A stretch of DNA of 64,000 nucleotides, from contig JAOATF010000017.1 of the NCBI GenBank assembly GCA_030158285.1, forward strand, positions 5,373 to 69,372. Direction: 5' to 3'. The position numbers were made by a program, and so were the translations under genes. A model generated the notes under the pieces. It did no database searches, was not told the origin of the DNA, and saw only the letters and a list, made by a program, of their open reading frames with translations. The DNA comes from Hyphomonadaceae bacterium. Lineage in GTDB: Bacteria; Pseudomonadota; Alphaproteobacteria; Caulobacterales; Hyphomonadaceae. Of the stretch, positions 1 through 9,730 are shown piece by piece. Every line of letters starts with the position of its first letter. Position 1 is the stretch's first letter.

Positions 1-2
1 CT

Positions 3-3000
3 GCCGATGCGGCGGCGGCGGCTGCTCAGGCCGCTGCTGCGGGGGCTGTTGCGGATGATGCTGCTGCGGTTGCTGCGGCGGCTGCGGCGGTTGCGGCTGC
101 GGCGGGTGAAGCGGCGGCGCTGGCGGCGCTTGCCGCAGCCCAGGGCGAGCTCAACGTGCTGGTCACCGAGGGAACGGCGCCCGGCGTCGATCCGGTCGGG
201 GCGGACCCGACGCTCGAGGCGCTGGGTCAGGGCATGGTCACGCGCGGCCCGAACTACCTGAAGTTCACGGGTGAGAACCATGTGGTCCTGGGCGGTTCGT
301 CCGGCAACGACACGCTGCTCGGCGGCAACGGCATCGATGCCCTGTGGGGCGATGATGGCGACGACCGGCTCGATGCGGGCATGGAAGTCGACCTTGTGTT
401 CGGTGGTGGCGGCAACGACGTGATCACCGACCAGGGCGGCGGCGACGGCGACTTCCTGAAGGGCGAGGAGGGCGATGACGTGATCGCCAACGGCTCCGGC
501 ATCGACATCATGATGGGCGGCTCGGGCAAGGACGCCATCTTTGGCGGCGTCGACAGTGTCGAAGTGTTCGCGGGCGAGGGCGACGACTTCGTGCTCGGCG
601 GCAATGCTGCGGACGTTATCCTCGGCTTCGAGGGCGATGACTGGATCGAAGGCGGACCCGGGTTCGACGGCATTGATGGCGACATGTCCGAACTGAACTT
701 CGACAGCAGGATCATCGGACACGACGTGCTGTTTGCCGGATCGGACGAACAGGATTTCGAAGGCGAATCCGGCGACGACATCATGGTCCAGGGCGAGAGC
801 GTGATCCGCAATGGTGGCCAGATGGGCTTCGATTGGTCGAGCTATCAGGGCTTCTCCAGATCGGCAGACGCCGACCTTGGAATCCCGATCTTCACGACGG
901 AGGCGGCGGACATCCTCCGCAACCGCTTCGACAAGGTGGAAGCCCTGTCTGGCTCGACTTTCGATGACGTCCTGTTTGGCGACAACCGCGTGTATGATCC
1001 GAACGCCAACGCTTTCGGCAACATCGAAGCCAATGTCGGCCTGGCCTTCTTCCGCGACGAGATCGACGCTGCAGGCATCGCCCGCATCGCCGGCCTCAAT
1101 CAGGTGATCAAGGCCGAGCAGATGTTCGCCGGGGTCTACGGAGCTGACTTCAGCAACGACATCAAGCAGATCTTCTCCGGCGGCAACGTGCTGCTGGGCG
1201 GCGATGGCAATGACGTTATGGCCGGCAAGGGAGGCAACGACATCCTCGATGGCGATCGCTTCCTGAACGTCCGCATCCGCATCTCGGCTGCGGGCCAGGA
1301 CAACCAGATCGCCACGATCAACTCGCTGCAACACGTGTTCACGGCGCAGGATGCGGGTGATCCGTCGTGGGTCGGCAAGTCGCTGTTCGAACTGATGGTC
1401 GCTCGCACGATCGTGCCGAGCCAGCTCCATATCGTGCGCGAGGTGCTTGACAGCGGCGTGCCGGGCGAGCTGCCGGGCGCCGATCTCGATACGGCCGTCT
1501 TCTGGGACGTGATCGACAATTATACGTTCAGCACGAACGCAGACCGGTCGGTTGTCGTGACTCATGTCACGGTCACCAATGGCGGCGTGCTGCCTCCTGG
1601 CTTCAAAGTTGGGCTGTCCGATGGCATCGACACGCTGCGTAACATCGAGCAACTCCGCTTCGGGGATGGTCTGGGCGGCTTCCAGACGTTCGGCATCGGG
1701 CAGATCGTTCCGTTCGCTGCGACCGGCAACGCCGTGATCAACGACACGACGCCTCTCCAGGGGCAGACATTGTCGGTGAACACGTCGTCGATCGCGGATC
1801 TCAACGGACTTGGGCCGTTCTCGTACCAGTGGCAGCGCTCGGCCAACAATGGCAACACGTGGCAGACCATCGGCACGGCCTCAACGCTCACGCTGCCGGA
1901 TGCGGCGGGCACCAACCTCGGTCAGTTCTTCGGCGACCTGATCCGCGTTGTCGTGACGTTCACGGACGGCATTGGCGATATCGAGACCCTTACGTCGGCT
2001 GTAACTTCGCCGATCGGCCTCAACTACACGGCTGTGGCCAGCGGCGCCGGTGTCAACATCGCGGGTCGTGGCGGCGATGATGTCATCGTCGGCAGCAACC
2101 AGGCTGATACCATCCTCGGTATGGCCGGCGCTGACACGCTGACGGGCCTCAACGGCGCCGACCAGCTGACCGGCGGCGGCGGCAACGACATCCTGTTCGG
2201 CGGCAACGGCGCTGACACGCTCAATGGCGGCGCTGACGACGACATCCTGTCGGGCGGCAACGGCGACGACATCCTGGGCGGCGGCGGCGGCGCCAATGAC
2301 CGTGCCGACTTCACCAGCGGCGTCCTCAACTACACGTTCACCACCAACGGCAACGACATCATCGTGAACAACACGGTCGGGACCGATGGAACGGACACCG
2401 TTCGCAACGTTGAAATCCTCCGCTTCGGCGCGGTGGACTATGCGGTTGTGCTCGGAACGGCCGGCGCCAACGCCAACCTCAACGGGGCGGCGGGCGCGGC
2501 GGGCAACCAGGCCGTCTTCGGTCTTGGCGGCGCCGACAGCCTGTTTGGCGGCGCGAACAGCGACATCCTCGTGGGTGGCGGCGGCAACGACACGGTCAGC
2601 GGCGGCGATGGGGATGACTTCATCTACCAGACCGGCGGTGATGATGGTCGCGACTTCGTCGACGGCGGCGCGGGCGTCGATACCTACACGCTGATGGGCG
2701 TGGCGGGCGCGGAAACCTTCCGCATCTACACCAGGGCAGCGTGGCTGGCGGTGGCCGGCAACGTGGCAGGCTCGTTGAACGCCGACACCGAGATCGTGAT
2801 CACGCGTGGCGGCGTCAACGCTGCGGCGATCATTGCGGAACTCGACAATATCGAGGAAATCCGGGTCGACTCGCTCAACACCACGGCCAATAACGGCAAC
2901 AGCACCACGCTGCCGGATGGCGGGGCGACGGGCACGGGCGACAATGTCATCGTCATCGGTGACTTCACCGGCACCAGCCTCGACTACAACACCATCCGCG

Positions 3001-3560
3001 TGCAGGGCACGAGCGCCAACGACACGATCGACATCACGGGGCTCACATCGGCCCACCGCGTGGTGTTCGACTCGAACGGCGGCCTCGACACGATCCTTGG
3101 CAACGTGCGGACCCAGGACATCTTCACGGGCGACGGTCTCAACGACCAGCGTGCCGCGTCGATTGCCCAGGCCGGCACGGGCATTGCGCCGACGGTTGGC
3201 GGAACGGACGTATCGACCTTCGGCGCGTCCGATGGCATGGACGTCCTGGTCTCCGGCCTCGGCCGGCAGGCGATGCGTGCGATGCTTGCGGATCATTGGG
3301 GTGTCAGCCGCAACGGCCCGCATCGTGTCGACCTCAGCGGCATCGACGGTTCGGACCTGACGGCGTTCCTGCTCCGCACGGATCCGGGATCGTCGAGCCA
3401 TGACCTCGGCTGGACCAATGTGGACCAGGGCCAAGACATCCAGCCGCTCGACATGGTCAACCCGGTCGATGTGCAGGCGTTTGCGCACGACAGCCTGGAG
3501 AATGTGGCGATCGACCACCGTCTCCTGACGCCATCGCTGTTCGACATCGTGCCGTTCTGA
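3..3560 (+). CDS. RTX / hemolysin-type calcium-binding repeat exoprotein (5' end lies outside the window)
   Basis: Frame 3 is open from the first bases (Ala-rich ADAAAAAAQAAAAGAV...), so the listed Met at 156 is probably internal. There are many GGxGxD nonapeptide repeats (LLGGNGIDALWGDDGDDRL, GGSGKDAIFGG, LTGGGGNDILFGGNGADTLNGGADDDILSGGNGDDILGGGGG, GGGGNDTVSGGDGDD). Stop at 3558-3560. Confidence 0.9.
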   Translation, partial: ADAAAAAAQAAAAGAVADDAAAVAAAAAAVAAAAGEAAALAALAAAQGELNVLVTEGTAPGVDPVGADPTLEALGQGMVTRGPNYLKFTGENHVVLGGSSGNDTLLGGNGIDALWGDDGDDRLDAGMEVDLVFGGGGNDVITDQGGGDGDFLKGEEGDDVIANGSGIDIMMGGSGKDAIFGGVDSVEVFAGEGDDFVLGGNAADVILGFEGDDWIEGGPGFDGIDGDMSELNFDSRIIGHDVLFAGSDEQDFEGESGDDIMVQGESVIRNGGQMGFDWSSYQGFSRSADADLGIPIFTTEAADILRNRFDKVEALSGSTFDDVLFGDNRVYDPNANAFGNIEANVGLAFFRDEIDAAGIARIAGLNQVIKAEQMFAGVYGADFSNDIKQIFSGGNVLLGGDGNDVMAGKGGNDILDGDRFLNVRIRISAAGQDNQIATINSLQHVFTAQDAGDPSWVGKSLFELMVARTIVPSQLHIVREVLDSGVPGELPGADLDTAVFWDVIDNYTFSTNADRSVVVTHVTVTNGGVLPPGFKVGLSDGIDTLRNIEQLRFGDGLGGFQTFGIGQIVPFAATGNAVINDTTPLQGQTLSVNTSSIADLNGLGPFSYQWQRSANNGNTWQTIGTASTLTLPDAAGTNLGQFFGDLIRVVVTFTDGIGDIETLTSAVTSPIGLNYTAVASGAGVNIAGRGGDDVIVGSNQADTILGMAGADTLTGLNGADQLTGGGGNDILFGGNGADTLNGGADDDILSGGNGDDILGGGGGANDRADFTSGVLNYTFTTNGNDIIVNNTVGTDGTDTVRNVEILRFGAVDYAVVLGTAGANANLNGAAGAAGNQAVFGLGGADSLFGGANSDILVGGGGNDTVSGGDGDDFIYQTGGDDGRDFVDGGAGVDTYTLMGVAGAETFRIYTRAAWLAVAGNVAGSLNADTEIVITRGGVNAAAIIAELDNIEEIRVDSLNTTANNGNSTTLPDGGATGTGDNVIVIGDFTGTSLDYNTIRVQGTSANDTIDITGLTSAHRVVFDSNGGLDTILGNVRTQDIFTGDGLNDQRAASIAQAGTGIAPTVGGTDVSTFGASDGMDVLVSGLGRQAMRAMLADHWGVSRNGPHRVDLSGIDGSDLTAFLLRTDPGSSSHDLGWTNVDQGQDIQPLDMVNPVDVQAFAHDSLENVAIDHRLLTPSLFDIVPF

Positions 3561-3704
3561 CGACGCACAGGCGCCGGGCCCGACGCGATCGGGTCTGGCG
3601 CCTGCCACGGGACGAAGACTTCAAAGGACCCGCCGGCGACCCGGTGTCGCCCGGGGTCCTGACGCCGGACCGTGACAGATGATCGACCAGTCATCCGTCA
3701 TGTG

Positions 3705-3765
3705 GGAGCGGCGCTGACGGGATCACCCCCAACAAACCCCCGTCAGCGCCGCTCCATCTTTTTAT
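3705..3765 (+). terminator. Rho-independent terminator downstream of the RTX gene
   Basis: Perfect 17-bp stem: GGAGCGGCGCTGACGGG (3705-3721) pairs with CCCGTCAGCGCCGCTCC (3739-3755). The loop is 17 nt and is followed by ATCTTTTTA. No T-tract on the opposite strand. Confidence 0.85.
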
Positions 3766-3944
3766 GGGGCCGCCAGGTCCACCTGTTCCCTTGTTCCAAC
3801 CGCGCAAGCGGGACCAGACCGCCGGCTCATGCCGCCGGGTAGCCGCGTTTGGGGCGAATCCGGGCTTCAAACAATCGTGGAAAGGGTCTGGAAGGCGTAT
3901 TAGCGTAACCAGAAAGCCAGTCTGACGGCCGGCGTGGGGCCGGC

Positions 3945-4796
3945 GTGGACACACGAGCAGGCTGGACGACAGGATTGCCGGTGCAAACGTTCTCGATCGT
4001 GACGGTCTGCTTCAACGACGCGGAGGCGCTGGCGCCGACGATCCGCAGCATAGTGGGACAGTCGTTTTCCGACTTCCAGTATGTGATCCAGGACGGCGGC
4101 TCGTCCGACGACACGGCCGGGGTGGTGAAGAGCTTTGGCGATTGGGTGGACGTTTTTACCAGCGAGCCGGATGGCGGCATCTATCCGGCGATGAACCGCG
4201 CGGTTCAACGGTGCACGGGGACCTACACGCTGTTCATCAACGCGGCCGACATGCTGGCGGGGCCAGACGTGCTGGCCGACCTGGCCGGGCAGCTGGCCGC
4301 GGGTGATGACATCGTGACGGGGCAGTCGATCGCGGTGGAGACAGGCAGGCCGCATCCGTTCCGCGCGCCGGACATGTTCTGGGGCGGCATGACGTTCGAC
4401 CACCAGGCGGCGGTGGTGCGGACGGACCTGCTGAAGCAGTTTCCCTATGACGAGGCGCTGCGCATTTCTGCCGACTTCGATTTCTTCTGCCGCATGCGGC
4501 TGCGGGGCGCGAGCTTCCGGTCGATCCCGCTGGCGATCTGCAGGAAGCCCTATGCGATGGGCGCGTCGGCAAGCTTCATCGTGCGGTTCCGCGAACGCTA
4601 TGGCGTTGCGATGCGGCACTTCGGCGATGCGTATCCGGTCGAGGAGACACTGACGCGCGAACTGGTGCAGCACATGGTGAAGACGTTCGACGCGGCGCAC
4701 CTCAAGGCGCACATGGAGACGCTGAAGGTCGACGCGCTGCTGAAGCTGCATGACGAGCTGGAAAGCCTGACAGCAGTACGGCAGAAGCGGGCGTGA
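3945..4796 (+). CDS. Glycosyltransferase family 2
   Basis: N-terminal GT-A signature FSIVTVCFNDAEALAPTIRSIVGQSFSDFQYVIQDGGSSDDT, then EPDGGIYPAMNRA. GTG start at 3945; an alternative GTG lies near 3981. Confidence 0.8.
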   Translation: MDTRAGWTTGLPVQTFSIVTVCFNDAEALAPTIRSIVGQSFSDFQYVIQDGGSSDDTAGVVKSFGDWVDVFTSEPDGGIYPAMNRAVQRCTGTYTLFINAADMLAGPDVLADLAGQLAAGDDIVTGQSIAVETGRPHPFRAPDMFWGGMTFDHQAAVVRTDLLKQFPYDEALRISADFDFFCRMRLRGASFRSIPLAICRKPYAMGASASFIVRFRERYGVAMRHFGDAYPVEETLTRELVQHMVKTFDAAHLKAHMETLKVDALLKLHDELESLTAVRQKRA

Positions 4797-5674
4797 CGGG
4801 AATGGCTAGCGCACGCACGCTGCTGGTGATTGGCAAGTCTGGGCAGCTGGCGTCGGCGTTGCAGGCGCGCGAGGGGGGCGTGGCGTGCCTCGGGCGTAAG
4901 GACGTTGATGTACTGTCGCTGGACAGCCTGCGGGTGGCGCTGGCCGTGCATGAGCCGCGCGCGGTGATCAACGCGGCGGCGTACACGGCGGTGGATCAGG
5001 CGGAGAGTGAGCGCGAGCAGGCGATGGCGCTGAATGTGGTCGCGCCACGCAATCTCGCGCGGGTGTGCGCGGATGCGGGCGTGCCGCTGGTTCATGTGTC
5101 GACCGACTATGTGTTCGATGGCGAGGATGCGCCCTATGCCGAGGATGCACCGGTGCATCCGCTGAATGTCTATGGCGAGACCAAGGCGCGCGGCGAGCAG
5201 GCGGCGATGGCGCAGGGCGGGCGTGTGTCGATCGTGCGGGCGTCGTGGGTGTTCTCGGAGCGGGGCAGCAATTTCGTGACCACCATGCTGAGGTTGGCGA
5301 AGGACCGCGCGGAGATTGATGTCGTGTCGGATGTGGCGGGACGGCCGACGAGCGCGCATGCGCTGGCGGAGGCGTGTCTTGGGGTTGCCAGCGCCATGGT
5401 GGCGGACAAAGCCACGGGCGGCGTGTTTCACTTTGCCAACGATGGCGAGGCGACGTGGTCCGTGCTGGCCGAGGCGGTGATGGACGAGGCGCGGGTGCGT
5501 GGCTGGAAGGCGGCGCGGATCAAGCCGATCCTGGCGGCGCAGTATCCGGTGAAGGCGCGGCGGCCGCGCGACAGCCGGATGGCGACGGACAGGATCGAAC
5601 GGTTGCTCGGGAAAGCGCCGCCGCACTGGCGCGTGGCTCTGGGCGACGTTCTGGATCGGATTGAGCGCGCCTGA
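4793..5674 (+). CDS. rmlD: dTDP-4-dehydrorhamnose reductase
   Basis: LLVIGKSGQLA, VINAAAYTAVDQAESE, HVSTDYVFDG, YGETKARGE. The GTG start overlaps the preceding TGA (GTGA); alternative ATG at 4802. Confidence 0.88.
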   Translation: MTGMASARTLLVIGKSGQLASALQAREGGVACLGRKDVDVLSLDSLRVALAVHEPRAVINAAAYTAVDQAESEREQAMALNVVAPRNLARVCADAGVPLVHVSTDYVFDGEDAPYAEDAPVHPLNVYGETKARGEQAAMAQGGRVSIVRASWVFSERGSNFVTTMLRLAKDRAEIDVVSDVAGRPTSAHALAEACLGVASAMVADKATGGVFHFANDGEATWSVLAEAVMDEARVRGWKAARIKPILAAQYPVKARRPRDSRMATDRIERLLGKAPPHWRVALGDVLDRIERA

Positions 5675-5751
5675 CGCCTCTCCATGTTGACCATGTCTCA
5701 TGTTGACCATCTGGCCAGCATCCCCGAAGACGTAAGCCGATCAGGGAGAGC

Positions 5752-6816
5752 ATGATGCGCGCAATCGTGACGGGAGGAGCCGGCTTCATCGGTTCCGCGC
5801 TTTGCCGCCGGCTTGCCCGCACGCCCGGCTGGCAGGTGCTCAACCTCGACAAGCTGACGTATGCCGCGAACCTTGCGTCTCTGGATGGAGTAGAGGTTGC
5901 TGCCGGCTACAGCTTCCTGCAGGGCGATATCTGCGACCGGGCGCTGGTAGACCAGACATTCGCAGCGTTTTGCCCGGACGTGATCTTCCACCTTGCCGCC
6001 GAGAGCCATGTCGACCGGTCGATCACCGGCTCTGCACCGTTCGTCCAGACCAATGTGGTAGGGACGCATACGCTGCTGGAGGCGGCGCTGGCGTATTGGG
6101 GCGGGCTGAAAGGGGAGGAACGCGAGCGGTTCCGCTTCCTCCATGTCTCGACCGATGAGGTCTACGGTTCGCTGGGCGCCGAGGGGCTGTTCTCCGAGGA
6201 GACCAGCTATGATCCGCGCTCGCCCTATTCGGCCAGCAAGGCGGCGTCTGACTTCATGGCGTCGGCCTGGCATCACACCTACGGGCTGCCGGTGCTGATC
6301 TCGAACTGCTCGAACAATTACGGGCCGTTCCAGTTTCCCGAGAAGCTGATCCCGGTGGTGATCCTGAATGCGCTCGAGGGCAAACCCATCCCGGTCTATG
6401 GCGATGGTCTCAACGTGCGCGACTGGCTCCATGTCGATGATCATGTGGAGGCGCTGGCGCTGATCGCAGTGAAGGGACGGTTGGGCGAGACCTACAATGT
6501 CGGCGGCCGCAATGAGCGGACGAACCTGCAGGTGGTGCGCACGATCTGCGGCCTGCTCGATGAGTTCAGGCCGCGCGCGGACGGGACGCCGCATACCGAT
6601 CTTATCACCTATGTTACTGACCGGCCTGGCCACGACCGGCGCTATGCGATCGATGCGACCAAGCTGGAGACAGAGCTTGGCTGGCGTGCGCAGCATTCAT
6701 TTGAAACTGGCATGCGCGAGACGGTACGCTGGTATCTGGATCGCGCTGACTGGTGGCGGCCAATACGCGAGGGTCGCTTTGCGGGTGAACGACTGGGGTT
6801 GAGACCGTCTACATAG
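5752..6816 (+). CDS. rmlB: dTDP-glucose 4,6-dehydratase
   Basis: VTGGAGFIGS, HLAAESHVDRS, YSASKAASD, NCSNNYGPFQFPEKLIP, YGDGLNVRDWLHVDDH. Confidence 0.93.
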   Translation: MMRAIVTGGAGFIGSALCRRLARTPGWQVLNLDKLTYAANLASLDGVEVAAGYSFLQGDICDRALVDQTFAAFCPDVIFHLAAESHVDRSITGSAPFVQTNVVGTHTLLEAALAYWGGLKGEERERFRFLHVSTDEVYGSLGAEGLFSEETSYDPRSPYSASKAASDFMASAWHHTYGLPVLISNCSNNYGPFQFPEKLIPVVILNALEGKPIPVYGDGLNVRDWLHVDDHVEALALIAVKGRLGETYNVGGRNERTNLQVVRTICGLLDEFRPRADGTPHTDLITYVTDRPGHDRRYAIDATKLETELGWRAQHSFETGMRETVRWYLDRADWWRPIREGRFAGERLGLRPST

Positions 6817-7086
6817 CGGGATTTGCCGGCGCGCTGACAATTTCCGCGTTTGACCTGAGTCGCCAGTTCAGGGTTTCCCAGCTGAACCGCGCATGTTCGG
6901 TGCGGTGGCGCTGCGGCGTGTTTCTGGTGCTACGGCGATTGTCGTCCGGCCAGATAGTCAGTTGCCCGGTGCAAGGTTCATGGACGAACCAGCAAGCCCG
7001 CTATACGGTCAAGCTCTCAATTGGGGTGGGGTGTGCCCCATATCGCAAGAGTGGCGTTGCATTTCGGACGCGGGTGGGAGTGCGCT

Positions 7087-8880
7087 ATGCGGATACGAGG
7101 GACAGATTGGGCTGTATTGGCGGGGTTCGTTGTTGGCTTCCACATACTGGGAACAGCCTTGGTTCGGTACTTTTACAGCTATCATATCGCCCACTACGAC
7201 AGCGTCGGCGGATTGATTCAGGCGCTGGAGACTTTGCAGGTCTACCACAACCAGGGGTACGCGGCGGGCGTCGCCGAGGCGTGGAACAAGGCGCCGCTTT
7301 CAATTTCGCAGAACATGTTTTCTGCGCTCCTTGCGCCATACGTGGACCCCAGCCCTCAGGGAATCCAGCTCTACAATACGCTCGCATGCAGCGTTGCGGC
7401 TGTCGGGATGCTGGTCCTGCTTCGCCGCTTTGAAGCGGGCGCGTTGGCCATCGGGCTGGGCCTGGTCTCCATCCTGCTGGGCGATGCTCTCTACTGGTGG
7501 GACCTGGGCGCATTCGACTTCAGGCGCGACTTCGGCATGTATGCGTTCATGTGCGGCGCGCTGTTTCTTGGGACAACTTACTTTGTCGGCGCACTCAGGA
7601 TGCGTGGCGAGATCCTGCTGGGTCTGGCATTCGGCATTGCGATGGGCCTGACGCTTGTCTGCCGAGACAGCGCGCCCTTGCTGATGATGGGTGTCGTTGT
7701 CGCGCCATTGACCGCGCTCTGGGTTTTTGTCGCTGTTCGGGATGGATGGATTACGCAGATCAGGAAGCTGGCCTGGCCCCTGATCGGGTTCTCGCCCTTC
7801 GCGATCGTGTTCTTTCTCAAGCTTGGGGATCTGCTGGCGCGTATCGCGAATCCGCTGACCATGTACGGCATCAGCCCCAATGGATCGGATAGCCTGGTCG
7901 GCAATGCGCGGCGCGTGCCAGACGTTGTCCTGGGGCTGTTCGGCTATCCCTTCAACAAGGCGCCACTGATTTCAACCGTGTTGGTTTTGCTGACGCTGCT
8001 CACTTTGGGATTTTTGTGCTGGCGGGCGATGCGCAGCAAAGCCCAGGAGGCTCCCTCATCCGAAAGCCAGCAAGGTATGCAAGTACAAGAACCGGGCGGA
8101 GATCAGCACGTGGTCGCGCGGCGGGCCGTTGTGTTTCTGCTGGCGACAGCCGTCTGGGTTCCGATTTTCTTGCATCTGTTCTTTTCGCTGGTCCTGAAGT
8201 GGGCGTCGGATCAGCCGCCAATCGTCGCGATGGCGCCGTATCTGCTCGTGCTGGTCGGTGTTACTGCAGCCATTGCTGCCGGCATCATCTATTCGAGGAA
8301 CCAGATTCCCCACGGAGCAGGCAGGTTCATCGTCTCAGCGCTGATCCTGGCCATGATCGTGGCCGCCCCGGCGCGCGCGCTCACGCGAATGCCCGTCTAT
8401 CCGCCCGGCACGTATACCCAGCATCTTCAGTATACGCGCCTGACAAATGCCCAGGGCGGGGCAGCCGTGATTGCCACACTGACCGACAACACTGGCCTCA
8501 TGCGGGCGCCCGCCATTCAGCTCATGTCGTTGCAACTCGGATTGCCGCAGCCTGAAATCCTGAAATTTCGAACTGACGATGGGGGCACGCTGGATCTCCA
8601 GATCGGTATCCCTCCCGAGCCGGAAGTGCGGGAATCGCTTCTTGCCGCAATGGACAGGGCCATTCGCTGCAAGGCCGACTTTATCGTCGTCGACAAGGAT
8701 CCCGCAGCCTACACGAAGCCCGAGAAGCGATTGCTCCTGTACGGATTTGGCGACAAGCTGGCGTCCGGACTGCTGGCAGACTTGGGTGACAAGGTCATGC
8801 GCAGCCTGGATCAGAACGGCCAGATTGTCCTGATCGACAACAGAATGCGAAGCGGTTGTGCGGCCGACGGAGGTCAGTAG
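7087..8880 (+). CDS. Polytopic inner-membrane protein with a soluble C-terminal domain. Possible GT-C-type (ArnT/PMT-like) glycosyltransferase, function unproven.
   Basis: About a dozen hydrophobic helices run through the first ~440 aa, followed by a ~170-aa hydrophilic tail. GGGAG lies 7 nt upstream of ATG 7087; the ORF is open from 7021. I could assign no catalytic motif with certainty. The functional guess comes from architecture and neighbours only. Confidence 0.45.
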   Translation: MRIRGTDWAVLAGFVVGFHILGTALVRYFYSYHIAHYDSVGGLIQALETLQVYHNQGYAAGVAEAWNKAPLSISQNMFSALLAPYVDPSPQGIQLYNTLACSVAAVGMLVLLRRFEAGALAIGLGLVSILLGDALYWWDLGAFDFRRDFGMYAFMCGALFLGTTYFVGALRMRGEILLGLAFGIAMGLTLVCRDSAPLLMMGVVVAPLTALWVFVAVRDGWITQIRKLAWPLIGFSPFAIVFFLKLGDLLARIANPLTMYGISPNGSDSLVGNARRVPDVVLGLFGYPFNKAPLISTVLVLLTLLTLGFLCWRAMRSKAQEAPSSESQQGMQVQEPGGDQHVVARRAVVFLLATAVWVPIFLHLFFSLVLKWASDQPPIVAMAPYLLVLVGVTAAIAAGIIYSRNQIPHGAGRFIVSALILAMIVAAPARALTRMPVYPPGTYTQHLQYTRLTNAQGGAAVIATLTDNTGLMRAPAIQLMSLQLGLPQPEILKFRTDDGGTLDLQIGIPPEPEVRESLLAAMDRAIRCKADFIVVDKDPAAYTKPEKRLLLYGFGDKLASGLLADLGDKVMRSLDQNGQIVLIDNRMRSGCAADGGQ

Positions 8881-8977
8881 CCTTGTTGCTGGAAGGGCTT
8901 GTCGAACGTCTGCTTGAGTCTGGGGATGACACCCGATCCGGCGACCTCGAGACAAGCGGAAAGTTTGGGATGGGCAA

Positions 8978-9628
8978 ATGAAGTTTCCTGCTGGTTTTAC
9001 CCCCGGTGCGCGTACCATGATCGCCGCAATGCTGGCCTGCATGGCGGCAGCTTGTGATCCGCCGGAGTCCATGAGGGACGAACTGATGGGGCGTATTCCG
9101 AACGCCTCGTCTGGAGAGGCGGCAAACTCGTCCGAAAATGCCACGTCTGACGGCGCGCTTCCGGCGCAGCCGGCCTTTGCATGGCAGGCTGTGAAGCCGA
9201 GTACGATCATCAACGCTGGTCCTCCCGCCGTCCTTGAATTGTCCTCCGGTTACGCGTTCATTTTCTATCCGTCGTTCGCCGTTTCCAGCGGCGACAACGT
9301 CACTTTCAGATTTCGGGCTTCAGGGCGGCAGGGGAAACTGCGATCTGTGCTGATGCGACATTGCGGCGCCGGCTCGGAAGCGGACTCAGATTCACAGGTG
9401 CTGGACATTGGAGAGACAGCAGCAGACTACACGCTGAAGCATGTCTTTGCCGAAGCGCATCCTTGTCTCCGCGTGACGTTCCAGGCGATTGGACCGCCCA
9501 ATTCGATCACGATTCATTCGTGGCGTCTGTCAGTTGCACCGAAGGCCACTACCACGCCGGCAGCGGATGCCACGGCGACTGCGCAACCTGCCGCTTCAGA
9601 TGGAAGCAAGCCGTCTCCTGCCAACTAG
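8978..9628 (+). CDS. Small secreted protein or lipoprotein, paralogue family member 1 (MRHC motif)
   Basis: Signal-like N-terminus MIAAMLACMAAAC. Its core aligns with the 26703-27239 product: SGDNVTFRF..LRSVLMRHC..ADYTLKHVFAEAHPCLRVTF versus AGDDIVVKG..VRLVMMRHC..ADFEISHTFAASYGCIRLSV. T/A/P-rich tail. Confidence 0.6.
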   Translation: MKFPAGFTPGARTMIAAMLACMAAACDPPESMRDELMGRIPNASSGEAANSSENATSDGALPAQPAFAWQAVKPSTIINAGPPAVLELSSGYAFIFYPSFAVSSGDNVTFRFRASGRQGKLRSVLMRHCGAGSEADSDSQVLDIGETAADYTLKHVFAEAHPCLRVTFQAIGPPNSITIHSWRLSVAPKATTTPAADATATAQPAASDGSKPSPAN

Positions 9629-9730
9629 CAGCGAGAACGAGCTCTTGGCCATGATGAACAACGCGGGTATTTCGCAGGCGTTTCGGAAGGCGTATCCGGC
9701 TGATCAGACGTATTCACGAGGCGCAGATTC

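Noticed and set aside
7-261. 84-aa ORF of poly-Arg/Leu (MRRRRLLRPLLRGLLRMMLL...).
   Set aside because: It is a frame-shifted reading of the GCN-rich Ala tract at the start of the RTX reading frame. The composition is not credible for a protein.
1881-3608. Very long antisense or alternate-frame ORFs in the track. Examples: 1881-3608 (-), 3900-4751 (-), 4598-5710 (-), 5698-6696 (-), 15694-16656 (+), 23373-24428 (-), 25274-26191 (+), 28258-29553 (+), 43786-45213 (-), 49290-50297 (-), 52243-53805 (+), 53960-55279 (-), 60247-60981 (-).
   Set aside because: All lie opposite to, or out of frame with, ORFs that carry clear enzyme motifs. Their translations are Arg/Ala/Gly/Pro/His-rich with no recognisable domain. 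This is the shadow-ORF pattern expected in high-GC DNA.
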